Part shown: one piece after another, positions 1-12,800 of the stretch
Layout: every line of letters begins with the position of its first letter
Numbering within the stretch: position 1 is the stretch's first letter
NCBI GenBank assembly: GCA_965235115.1
Contig: OZ249437.1
Location: forward strand, 16,492,001 to 16,556,000
Direction of reading: 5' to 3'
DNA length: 64,000 nt
From: Laetmonice hystrix
Taxonomy: Eukaryota
The notes under the pieces: model-generated
What the model saw: only the letters and a program-made list of their open reading frames with translations
Database searches by the model: none
Told to the model about the DNA's origin: nothing
Program-made: the position numbers and the translations under genes

Positions 1-823
1 GAGAAGCTACTTCTTGTGACGTACTCCCTGAGCCGTGGTGTCCACTTGTCAACACCACGGCTGAGTGCCAGCCGATATCAACTACATTGTACTGCTGGCC
101 AGTGCGCTATCTATTTGCACATCTGAGACTCTGGAATCATTACATTTTAACACGTTTCAAATGGCCAGCCAAGATGGTCAACTTGCAACATTAAAAATAA
201 ACTGGATTTACTATTAAGTTGAACTTTTAACACGTCAAAATCACAATAAATCGATAATCTCTGCAGGCCTATAATCTCTAGTAATAACGTCCTGACCAGA
301 AACCCGGAAACAAAAGTCTTGGTTAGCTTGATTTTCTTGACATTCCGGCCAAAAGTGTAGATCCCGTTTGGAAATCTATCATAATATTTTTCAATGGATC
401 AAGTTTAGGACGTTTACATGCCACTTGTCTTTTGGCACGCTCAAGTCTATCTCAGGTTAGTCTACCAAGTTACGTCCCGCAGTTTCAAACCTTACGGCCA
501 CGGTCAAAGTTTTTCAACTATCATTGGGCTCACTCAATCAAATAGACCTGAACATAGAAGATTTCGTGAAGAAACGAAACTGTATAAACTTCAGCAATGG
601 CAATATCTATCCAGCTGCTCTACAGCAGGCAAACATAAAATAAATTAAATTAGTCTTCTTATTTTTGCTAAACTTGAAATGGTTAAAACAATAAATGCAC
701 ATTTTATCAAATGAAACCTTCTTGAAATGTATCTAAAATACAAAAATGATTAGAAGGTTATGAACTACTTCACTCCTTTTACATACTTTTGGTCAGCCTA
801 TTTGTATATCTACAGTTAATCAT

Positions 824-3800
824 TCACGACTGGTCACTGTAATCATCCTTAGTATGGACATCCCGCCTGCCACCCTTTCTGGCCTCCACACCATGCAGGC
901 CAAAACTCTGAAAATAAAGTTTGAAACAAGTTCAACATTCTACATAATATTAACATTAACCTACAAAATACACACGTTATGTTTCATATCTTTAACCTAG
1001 CTCATTTTTCGCTTTTTAATACTCTTTCCTGATCATTGACGGTCAACATTTATTCATAGACGTTTTAAGTAAAATCTCACATTCCTTTCAGTGACCCGAA
1101 TCAAAATGTTACTCACCCAATGGCCCGAATCAAATGGTGACCCAGTCGGTTGACCTGGAGGGTGACCCTTCCGAAGTTGACCAAGTGCTGCAGGGTCAAG
1201 CACACCAAATATCACATCAATATTTCACGTAGTCATCTCAAATCAATAAGGCAGTTTCTCATGAGTAAACAAAAGTTTTGACAGAGACTACAATCTGACA
1301 CTACAGACGGCCGGCATTATATTTGGTAGATGATTGCCTTACCTGTGTCCTGTCTATTGGCCCGGCGCTGTTCAAGATGTTGTAAAGCTTGCAGGCACTC
1401 CATGTAGTTAGCCCGACAAGTGTGATCTCCACATGGGACAGGGTAACGGGTATCCTGGATACGATAGCATCATTTTTCACTCAAACATCAGATACAGTGG
1501 ACAGGTTTTAGGAGAACATTCAAACTTAAGACAGGAGTCATTGGTTGCTATAACGGCTGCTGTACATGTTGTATTCACAATACCATATATGGAATCATTA
1601 AAAAGGCAGCTATAATCATGAGGATTTTTTATGTATTGGTTTAGAAAAAGTACTCACTTCACATGGACCTCTGAAGTTACTCCCTACACATTTTCCGACA
1701 ATGTTGATACCATAAGCCACCCTGTAAAGAAATGTTGAATTTAATTTACTTATGTCATATAGTTTCACTAATTATTAGGCCTTGTCAAATTTTCTATACT
1801 AGAATATGTACCCTGGTAGCTGAAATGTAAAATAATTTATGAATGGACTGAACCAACCATAGTAGGCATGAAAATATAGAATTATGCTTTAATAATAAAT
1901 CTTCAATTACTTTGCATTGCTCTTGCAGTGACCAAAATCCTGTACTGTGCGTTCGTAGTTGAGCAGCATAAAAATGACCTAAAAAGAGAGAAGACTTGTA
2001 ACCTTGCCATAGAATTTTTAGCTCGAATTCTTAAAGTACATATTTCGACCGAATGACAAGGTCAATAAACAATATCCAGTAAATCTGTACTAACTTCAAT
2101 GATTTCACATTATTGGCTACCTTTGAAATATTAAGATCACGACCCTTCTATTTTCATAGTTTAATTTTACTTGATACCTGAAATGCTGCTGGTGCAATCT
2201 TGTTGAATGTAAAGTCTTTACTGTCATAGTCAATGTAAGCAAGTTTGCCGGCATCAAACACTGAAAAGCAGAAGTGAAATCGTTGAAACTTTTCAACATG
2301 CTGTTCATGCTAGTTTAAAATGCAAAGAGAAATGTCATTAGGAAAAATCAGCAATCCATGAGACCTCTCATGGATATTACTAAACTGTCTGGGATTAAGT
2401 TTTACAGATTTCTTCAAAGGATTTTTATTCAAGCCTTGGCCCAACTGAACCATCTATTGAATCCTACATGTAAAAAGGTGTACAGTATTTTGCTGGAGAA
2501 CCTTACCTATGTTCCAGGGGGCCATATCCTCATACAGCGGCAGCTGGAGGAACTTGTCATAGAGACGAGACTTGATTTCCTCCAGTAGGCCCATACGCAG
2601 GAGTGCAATCAGTGTCACCACTGTAATAGTCAATCACCTGTAGCTTCAGTTGCCAGGCTATGGACAGATGGGTTGTGTCATGACTTAACTTAGTGGAGCC
2701 CTTTTCCTGGAACTTTACGATTTTTTTCCAGGACCACATGACACAATGTTCAGCTTTCCTTCCATTTTTTCTTATCATGGGATATCAACAATGATTAAAG
2801 AACGGTACCCTGACTGTGAATCAGCCACCTGGAATCCGAGTCTATTCATCAAATTACTGGACTTTTCTCAGACTTAAGCACATACATATGTACGGTTTTT
2901 ATAACATTCTCAGACTTTTGCTGGCGCAGGAGGTCCCCATATAAAATTACAGTACTTTCCCCTGTTTCCCGGACCTGTGGGAACCATGAATATATTCTCT
3001 AGCAAGGCTATTGCACCAGAGAAAGGGACTGCGGGACAAAGGAGAAAGGGACAAATTTTTCCACAAGAGAACTTATTCTGGCTATCCATGTGACAAATGC
3101 TACCTTCCTCAGGTTTGAAGACCTAAACTGTTCTGATGTTCCTGACTAGTCAGAATGTAATCCAAGTTACTGGTATACCCCCTTACAAGTACAAGCCTGT
3201 CATTGCCACCACAGCTTACCATGCAGCTGGCCATACGGTATGCGGTAACCATCTTTTTGACGCACCAACCACACCTCAAAGTTAGAGCTATTGTGGGTCA
3301 CACAGTGCAGGGTATACTTCCGTAAGTGACCATCCAACTCGTAGTCAAAATGATGGTCCACCTGCAACAACAGACGTGACTGCTAATAAATTCAGTTTGA
3401 CTTATAGTGCTGCCCATCTCCACAGTAATGTGACATCATTATTCACATTACCAATGGTGATGCTGAAATCAAAATCTACACATTTAAAACTTTTTTTCTG
3501 TAATATGAGGTCTCTTATTTTCTTTAGCACTTTAGCTATACCACATTTCTACTGATTGCGAACTTACAGAAGTAGAATCCTTCTGGGAATCTATGTCTAA
3601 GATTTTATAGATAGAACATAAAGCATAACTTACCTCTACAGTTAAATTTTGTACATCAACTCTGACAAGTTTCCATGGCAACTGACCACCATTTGGAAGA
3701 GGCAGTGGAGGGATTATGGTGGTCGTGATGTTGATGTTAGCGTCAGCCTTGGCACTCTGTGGGTTAAAACAACAACATTGACAGACACAGAGCGTTGGAC

Positions 3801-6800
3801 ACTACCACTGCAGCAGTGTATTCATTATGGTAAGTTTCTGGACATTCCAGGTAAAGTTGATGTTAGCGTCAGCCTTGGCACTCTGTGGGTCAAAACAACA
3901 ACATTGACAGACACAGTGTTGGACACTATCACTGCAGCAGTGTATTTAAAATGATAAGTTTCCTGACATACATGTACCAGGTACCAAACCAAACAAACCC
4001 CAAAATGATCATATATCAATCTAAAAGGAAGCAACTATTGTGCCAAGGCTGTTTTCAATAATCCCACTCAAAACTGGGTGTAAAAGCCAGTCCCTATAAA
4101 GGGACTCATTTTTTAGAGAAGCACACATTCTGAAATACACCGTTACTGATTGTTTCACTGTACCTACCTCTCCAATGAGGCGTTTCTCAGTGTGATGATA
4201 AACTGGAAATGGGTGCTCACTTAGTCCATAGACCTGACAGTGTAAGAACAATAGCAATCTTAGAGTGTAAGAACAATACATGTATCAACCAGATTGTACA
4301 CTTTGAGAGCCTAAAGATCACAAGAGAAAAATGAACCAATATGGTGGATTCTCAGCCACTTCAATAAGCTCTGCTTAGCTTAAAGCTTGCTGCTTAGAGC
4401 CTTTCTGAAACTGGGCCCAGAACAAGAGGATCTCACCTGTTTAAAGATGTTTAGTCCTGGGAATGGCATGCCAGAGTACGCCCAGGGAAAGAATGTTGTC
4501 ATAGCAACAGACATCATCTGGAATCAAGTCCATTAAATTATGTAATGGATCAAGCCGACTACTGAATATAATCTGCAATAATCAAGTCACTGTCTTTGAC
4601 TTATTCTTGAGTGGCGAATTAATAGGTCAAACCTGATCTGAGGGCAGCTGTACAAAAGTTGTGACCCCAGAGGCCAGGGTCTGACCCATCATGAGGTCAA
4701 ACTGACGGCGGGAGCCCAGCGAAGTCAGCATGTGTAGGAACCCGTCATAGCCTGGAACGAGACCACACTGAGGACTAAGTAAGCAGTAAGAAATCAAACC
4801 TGTTTATGGAGAAACTTTCTACAAGGTTAGGTAGGATAAAGCTACTCAATAATATCTACATTAAAATTAAGCCCCCCCCTCCAGAAGTTTTAATGTTACA
4901 GAAGAATCTCAAGAACAACCGTCTCACCAATGAGCTGGTATCTTAGGAAGTCTGGGCTCTTCAGGAGTTTTCCCGAGAACCGTTCATTGAGTCTCAGATT
5001 AGTGACGGCGATGTTGTCGAGCTTGGACTCCTGCATCTGCCTGTACAAACGGCCTGCTTTCTCTCGGTCATCATGCACCAGTGCCACCAATGTGCTGTTG
5101 GGGAACTTCTGCCCCACCTCCTGGAGGATGTGGCCGTTACTGGAGTAGTACTCGAAGAAGGAGAATGGCTCTGATTCCAGCTCGTCCACCAGGACTTGTA
5201 ATGTGGCCTGGAGGACCAACAGTCAGAAACCAGGTCAAGGTCGCCTGACTGTACTCTCAAGGTCAAGACTGGGATATATATACTAAGGTCTGTTCAGTCT
5301 AAGAAGGCCCCTAACATTTACAGCGAGAGGTGTGACCTATAGGCTACACGAGCAGCCCTATAACAATAAAGATATTTGACAACCTAATTCACATCCATTT
5401 AATGGTGGCAAAGAAACCATTTTTTTCATCAGTATGCAGGCACCCTAGATTTTAAGTCAAGGTATATGACAGACCTGAGAATTGTATTTCTTCTCATCAT
5501 CATCATCTGTCGACACAATGCTGTGATTGTCATCATGTGACAAAAGGGATCGGTACATGAGCATACCATTTACCCAGACTATGTGCACGGGGCACATGTC
5601 CGAATACAGGGGCAGTCGCAGGTAGGACAAAAAAAGTCGGGCTCTACAAACAAAAGTTACAGGACATGCGTTAGAATCCATCCATAGATCTCAAAGTTGT
5701 CACACTGATACAATTTCTATTTAAGCATATCACAACTGTCTGTAAAGATGATTCATTATGAGTGGTTGAGTTTTGTCCTTAAATAGATTTTATTGCTTAA
5801 CTCAAACTTATTCTTACTACCAGTAAAGCCTGCTGTACACTTTCCCGATTTTACCAGAGCAAATTGTAACCGATTCGAAAAATAAATTGGGCAACCAAGC
5901 AGCTGGGTGCAGATAACCAAAATCGGACTATGTGTACTTGTTTCCCGATTACGGTCGACTGTTGTAGGCTCTCCTGGCCACTCACACTGCATGGATTGGA
6001 AGCCAATAATCGCGACAGTGTACGGGGGAGTGTATGGCGGTCACTTGGGAGTCGGGAGTCAGGCAAAGTCGTGACAGTGTACCGGCTTAACTCCAGGTAT
6101 TTCTCACAAGCTTGTCCAGGGCACAAAGATACCACTTACCTTTCCTTTGGTTGTGTCTCCAAGCCGATCTCAAGTAAGGTGTTGAGACTGAATCCCACTA
6201 GGCCGTGACCTAGCCTCACCTCTGTCTCCGTCATCTCATCCCTGAGCTGAACAGATCCATCCGGGCGTAAATTCAGGAGGGACAACTCTGGTGTACACTC
6301 CACTTGCACCTGGGGTTATAGCAACCAGTGTACATTTTAATTCCAGGCCCAAGTTAGTACTCCGTGTCTGATATTTTATAAAGGCCCTGCTAAGGACTTT
6401 TCAAGGATATCAAAGAAGAAGGGTATTGTGCATTAAAGGTATGATATTGACCAAAATTCATTCAATTGGCTTCATATAACCCAGAACTTTGCTGTGACAG
6501 ATTTGTCAAATTTATGAAGACATAAATAAACTACCGCATAGGCTATCAATCACTACTTTAAGTTTAGCTAGAAGTTGTTCAGTAAAATGAAAGCACATTT
6601 AGGTTTTTAAGGGCCTTTTTCAGGGACACTAATTTTTTAAACTTGTAATTGAGGTTTCTAAGCTGTAAGGATAATAATACCTATCCAACCCATAAAGTTT
6701 CACCAACTTACATGTCGCTGAATGGTGTGCAGAACAACCTTGATGACCTTGAGTGTAGAATGACGATCAGTAGGCAGGCTAGTGTCATCTAACAGCGTTA

Positions 6801-9800
6801 CTTCTGAACTCTCGGCACCAACTCGTCGGAGGGCGTCATACACCAGTCCCTGCCAACATTAAACCATCTAGGTGTACATTGATCCCACCACTCACATCAT
6901 TCGTTCTAGATAAATACGAGCCAGGGGCCTGTCTTACTAAACATCGTTATTAACGATAGAGTTAACTGCTGGTAAAGTAGGCCGTCGCCAATGCGACAAC
7001 CAGACAACGTTACAACGTTAGCGGCACCCCCTCCCCAGTCGTTAAGTTAACTAGACCGTTCCCTATACGTTACGCTACTAACTAGACCTTAGTAAGACGG
7101 GTTTTAACCAGCTCTAGTTAATAACGATTTCTAGTTATTAACTAGCTATGAGTTAACCAGATAGGGGTTAACGATATTTAGTAAGACGGGCCCCTGGCCG
7201 GGTTGGTAGTTTTAAAAATTATGTCTATGCATCATCATTTAAATTATGCTGTTGATTGATCAAAATGTAAAACATAATATTCTATTTAACTGGGTTCACT
7301 GCATCACTACATCTTTTCCCCGTGGGATAAGGAAGTTCTCTAGTAGTAAATTTATGTCATAAGTGAAATTTGGGGTCCAGGATCTAGAACAGGGGCGTCA
7401 AGAAACCGGAATCCCAATTATTTCTCATGGAACAATCTACCCACCTTGAAACTGGGGACGAGGCCATGTTGCTGAGACTTTGCCAACATTGTCTGAAGCA
7501 GGCAGAGCATCTGAGGGTCAGGCACCTGCAGGAATGTTGTCGTTGCCATTGACAACAGCTTGCCTAGATACAGGGTGAAACTGGCTTTCAACTGTAGCAA
7601 CCACTGGAAAACTTCAAACCCCAGGACCTGTTGACAGTCAACCATAGCAGTCAATCAATACATCAATATTGCAATCATTCTGATCGAGAGTCAAACAGGG
7701 AATCAATCAATCAAGGCATCATTGTCTTGATCAATCAATTCTGCAATATTCCAATGATTCTGGGAGTCAAACAAGGCATCAGACAATCAATCATAGTAAA
7801 TCAAGGCATCAATTCAATCAAGGTCTCAATATCTCAATCAATAGGTCAATTAAGGCATCATTATCTCAATCAATCACATTCAATCAAGGCATCACTATAT
7901 CAATTTATCTGCCCTAAGACTCATACTGGAAGTGATCTTTCTACCATCCGGAGACCTGCTTTCACGGACCAATGGTCAGCCATATTCTCACCTGATATCT
8001 GAACATGTCCGGGCTACGCGTCAGGTCATCGACCAGGGTGGGGCTAAGGTCTCCGAGAAGCAGTAGTGCCCTCCTTGTTCCCACACTCTCCATCACCCGC
8101 CTGCAGACAAAGTAGTAAGAAAACTACTATCTTTCTCCACTGACATCAACAACTCTCAAGAGACAAAGGTTTTCGTTGCAGACTAAGAAAACTACCAGCT
8201 TTCTCCTACAACTCTCAAGAGACAAAGGTTTTCGTTGCAGACTAAGAAAACTACCAGCTTTCTCCCACTGACATCAACAACTCTCTGTAAATAAAGCTAT
8301 TCATTGTCATCACATGAACTGTATTTACAGGATTGATGTGCCCAGACAATGCAGTAACCATAGAATTGGACAGAAGTACGTTGGGCAGAGAGAATATGGT
8401 CAGATAGCATAATGCATTACTCCATCCACTGAGGGTGATGGTTTATCAAATGAAACTGACCACAGGGCAGAATTCTTCTTTAATCTGGATTATCTTTACC
8501 CTTATATTGTAGATATACTACATAATCTTACCCTGGAATGAAAATGTACAGGGCATGCTATTTTACCAAGGAAGGAGTTCAGAGTACAACTGTGGGTCTA
8601 TGAAACATGATCGTTCACAAGGCTAAGTGTAAAACAATTGACAATATGACTACTGCAAGAATAACATACTTTGAAGGAATAATGATACCAAAAAAACAAC
8701 AAAGAATTGGAACATGCAAAGAGACAATTTCATATATTACAACACAAATATCCTATCTAACTATTTATTTGAAAACAGCCTTTATTGGTAGTTGACTCCA
8801 CAGATCATTGATCATTTGCCTTAAACCAAACGGCAGAAAATCCTCTCCCCTCCAGTTTTCTCCCCTTCTTTTTTTTTAACTTTTAATTTAATTATAGGCA
8901 TTGGTCAAAAAGCTGACGTGACGAGTGTGTAATGAATCAACAACCTTGTGACTCTGTCTGGAGTCTACTGGAGGAATGCGTGGGAATAATGAAGTATATG
9001 GACATTGACTGTTTACCACTAGAATGACAACAGCAATCTTATCACATTCCACCATACAACTGGCAGGATTCTGGGTACAGAGTCTGAGCTTCCCCTACAA
9101 CTTTTTCCTCTTTCAAGGAATAAAATGGGGAGAAATGTGGAAACATTTCCGGAAATGCTCAAAATGTGTTAAGTAGAGGAAGCTCTAATATTAAAAAAAA
9201 AAATCAAATGCAGAGGTCCAGGGGGGAAGGTCTTGACGGGTCAGCACCTATGTCGGTCGGTGGCTTTCTGATCGGCCATGGGCATCAGACTGAGCACATT
9301 AGCGTTGTGGTAGGTCAGTGCCAACTTCAGGCCTACCAGACTCTGGCTTCGACCTCCTACACAGCCAGAGGTCAACCCAAGGTGAGCAGGAAGCAACAAA
9401 CAGTCAAGGGTTAGTCAGCCATTTTTTCATCCAAACTCTACTTCAGTTTTCTTTGGACACTTAGTGGTTAAAATCACATTGGAGAAACTTATGGGTAAAC
9501 AGATTGATGGTCCCTTACAAGGTTCCCATGCTACATTTAAGCTATTTGAATTATTTTAACTATGAATGATATAATTAAAAAATATTCGATGTTTTACAAT
9601 TGAATCTTCCAATTCTCCAGAGTTTACACAGTATCAATTACAAAACGTTCATTCAAAATTTATTTATTTTTAATTTGATTCATTATAATGAATCACTTTT
9701 TTTTAAAACTTCCTCAGTTAGTTATACCTAAATCAATGAATCTGTCATTTCTGTTCCATTTTATATATCTATCTTTTTAACTGGGCAAATTTCTTTAGTT

Positions 9801-12800
9801 GTGCCTCAGCAAATACCTTGCAAAAGGTAAGTAGGGTGCTGGTGCTCTTACCATATGTGAATACACTGAATGGTTGCTGAAGGACCGCCCTGTCGATGAG
9901 CATTTCTGGCTGTAGGTGGCGCCACAGGTGGTCGTACAGCGCCTCCTCTTTATCAGGTGGTCCAAACCTCTGCGCTTGCCACTGGTCAGACTCTGGGGTG
10001 TTCTACACACACAAAACATCAGCCTTTACCATTAGAATATTACTGAAAATATCCATATGGTATCATAGTCTGTTCGCTTTAAGAAGAGGTCGACCTCGAC
10101 CTTATTAAAGCTCTGACCTGCCCCCCTTCTTCCGCCTACCCACACCACACCTCACAAGTCATCACCGCCTGTCATTCAAGAATATGACCACCACGTGGTT
10201 CTGTATTACCCCAAATGAAATAATAGCTTTAATGAGGTCGAGCTCTTCTTAGAGCGAACAGACTATAGGACAACCATAATTAAAAGAACATTGAATGCCA
10301 AAAACTATTTTAAGTACCAAAGGGACTTACGTCTGGGTTGGTGCTGTCCATATCATCCCCATCATCATCTTCATGTCCTTGACCAACCTTGTTACCTAGG
10401 CAACCATATCAGCAACAAAGATACTTTCACCCTGCTCCAAGGTATATGTATATGAGACCATAATTAGTTTCTATGTGTATACGTGGTTGAGGGGACAACT
10501 TAGGTATGGTGGTACCAAGTACTATTCTTTGTGCATACTACAGACTGCCTACTTCTCTACTGCTTAGCTTCTAGACCTACTTGCTTATGCTGGACGTGGA
10601 TAGTTATACAACAGATATCTAATGAACTTATACTATAACAATAGTGTAAAAACGGGAACCCATTAGGTATGGATGGACACTTTAGATTGCTGGATTTTAC
10701 TTCACTTGATCAAGTAATTTCTTGGACTCTACACACCAAATGTTTTCATGTACCTGCATATAAATTGTGGTTCATTTTTTAGTATTAAACCCCTTTATAC
10801 GTCTCCTAGTATATTTTTCTGTTTATCTTCTCTCTGAATTACAAATTGAGGAATTCTATACAAGGTGATTGCACTTTGAGAGAGTTCTTATGGATGTGTT
10901 TTAGCAGATACTTTACCTCAATTTTTGCCCATTATTAAATTTTCGATCAGAAGAAGGGTGCAGTGACATGGCCATGTAATAACAAGGCCCTACCTTTGGT
11001 AGTTTTCTCTGTGGAAGGTTTGTTGAGTATCTCCACTTTACTAGGCAGAGGTCTTGGGGCCTTTCTACCCTCTAGGCTCATCTTCAACTCTTTGCTAGTA
11101 GTCCCCACTACAGGAGACTTGTGCTGCTCTGCCTCAGCAGCACTTTTCTCTATGCTCTCTTGTTTCTGGGCAGGCCCTAATTGTGCAGCCATGGAAATAT
11201 CAAGGTCAAGGCTGGGGTCAGCACCAATGAAGAGGTCAAGGCCATTTTGTACACAGCATGCTAATTGACGAATTGTTTCACTAAGCACTAGCCTAAGTCC
11301 CACAGAAATGGAGGCAAGCAAATAAACTAGACACAAAACCAGAATTTACAAGTTAATTTTCCACTTACAAGATAGGAGTGGGTGGACCAGTCAACAGAAG
11401 CTTAGGCACTTAGTCAGGTTGGAAGTACTATTGAACAATTAATTTGGATTTCTGACAATTTCAGAAAATAAAAGCCGCATCTGGAGCCTCATCCATATTA
11501 AACAGGATAAAAGGCGTTCAGAAGTACAATTAGCACACAATGTGTGTTGTGTAATCTTTTTGTTTGTCAAGTATTTAGACATGCATTGACTTTGTATAAG
11601 ATACATTGCCATAATTGTGGCAATGAACTCAGCTATAGTCGGACCAATTGAAGCTACGATCTTAGTGAAACAATTCGTGGGGGAAACAGATGAGTTGGTG
11701 ATGAGTTTCCTTACTTTATCTGTCAAAAACAAGGTGACACAATGATGCTGACAGTATTGGTGCAGTGATGGTGCTGGGCTGACAACTAGCACAAACAACT
11801 AATGTGGCTTTGTGCATATAGCCAGATTAAAGTGGAATTTTTAATCCCTCAAACAGTTAGCTTTTATCTTCAGCAACACCATGTTAAAATTTCATGTTTG
11901 AACGATGTGTGAAAGTACAAAAAAATCATTATGGTCATACTTAGGGCAATCCCTATGACTCTCACCTCGCAGATAGCTTCCAGTCCGAACGGAAATGGGA
12001 TGGTCAGTTGTAACTTTATTTTTCTATACTTTCAATCATTGTTGAAACATGAAATTTTAACATGGTGTTGCTAAAGATAAAAGGTAACTTTTTGAAGAAT
12101 TTAACATACTGCTTTAATCTAGCAGTATATAAAACAACATTGATGCTTGTGTACACTTATCCAGCTGCTAACACTGTATACTACACATAATACAATACAC
12201 CATGAAATGACACAGAGGTACTAGTATAGATCTACAAACAATCATTCCAAAACTACATTATTCTTTGTGCTTTCCCCCCTTTTTGATTTGACATTTTACC
12301 ATTCAAGGTTTCAGTAAATGTTCCTCCCAAATTACATTGTGCAGTAAGATTTTTATGTTTGAAAACATACATGGTAAATAGGTGGAAATCTATCATATTT
12401 TCCGGGCCTTAAAATTGGAAAGCTTCTATCCATGCCAAGTTGTGCTATTACCAATTTCCTAAAACATAAGAAATATAAACTAAAAAGTTGAAAAAAATCC
12501 CACATTTTGTTAAAAATAACAATAATTTGATTGTTTGCCTTTCATTCCACAGACTTGATGTAAAATTACCTGTAACTGGGGAACTGATGCCAGATGTGAC
12601 AGGACTCCCAAAGTTCGGCTGGTATCTCTTCTGCATTGTCTTAAATTTATAGACATCTTTGACATTCCGTGGCCTCATAGCAGGTGACTCCACCATCAAC
12701 AGGCGGCGCTGTGAAGATTAGCATAATCTAATGTTACTTTTCCAAGATTACCACCAGAAAAAACACTTTAATAATTTATAAATGAGCCGGATGAAAAATT

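Noticed and set aside
33-59. 9-bp hairpin CCGTGGTGT...ACACCACGG at the window start
   Set aside because: Short and isolated, with no recognisable RNA family or terminator context in a eukaryotic sequence.
5851-6135. Intronic ORF with VTTLPDSRLPSDRH resembling exon 6849-6712 (VTLLDDTSLPTDRH), suggesting a duplicated or mutually exclusive exon
   Set aside because: Similarity is limited to about 15 residues, no phase-compatible splice sites were found, and the segment lies inside a TAA-flanked MITE; treated as coincidence.
11439-12012. ORF 11439-11798 and a possible 48-nt exon near 11965-12012 as extra exons of the large gene
   Set aside because: Either the phase does not fit or the acceptor is purine-rich and inside a fold-back element. 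The model is complete without them, although this linker region remains the least certain.
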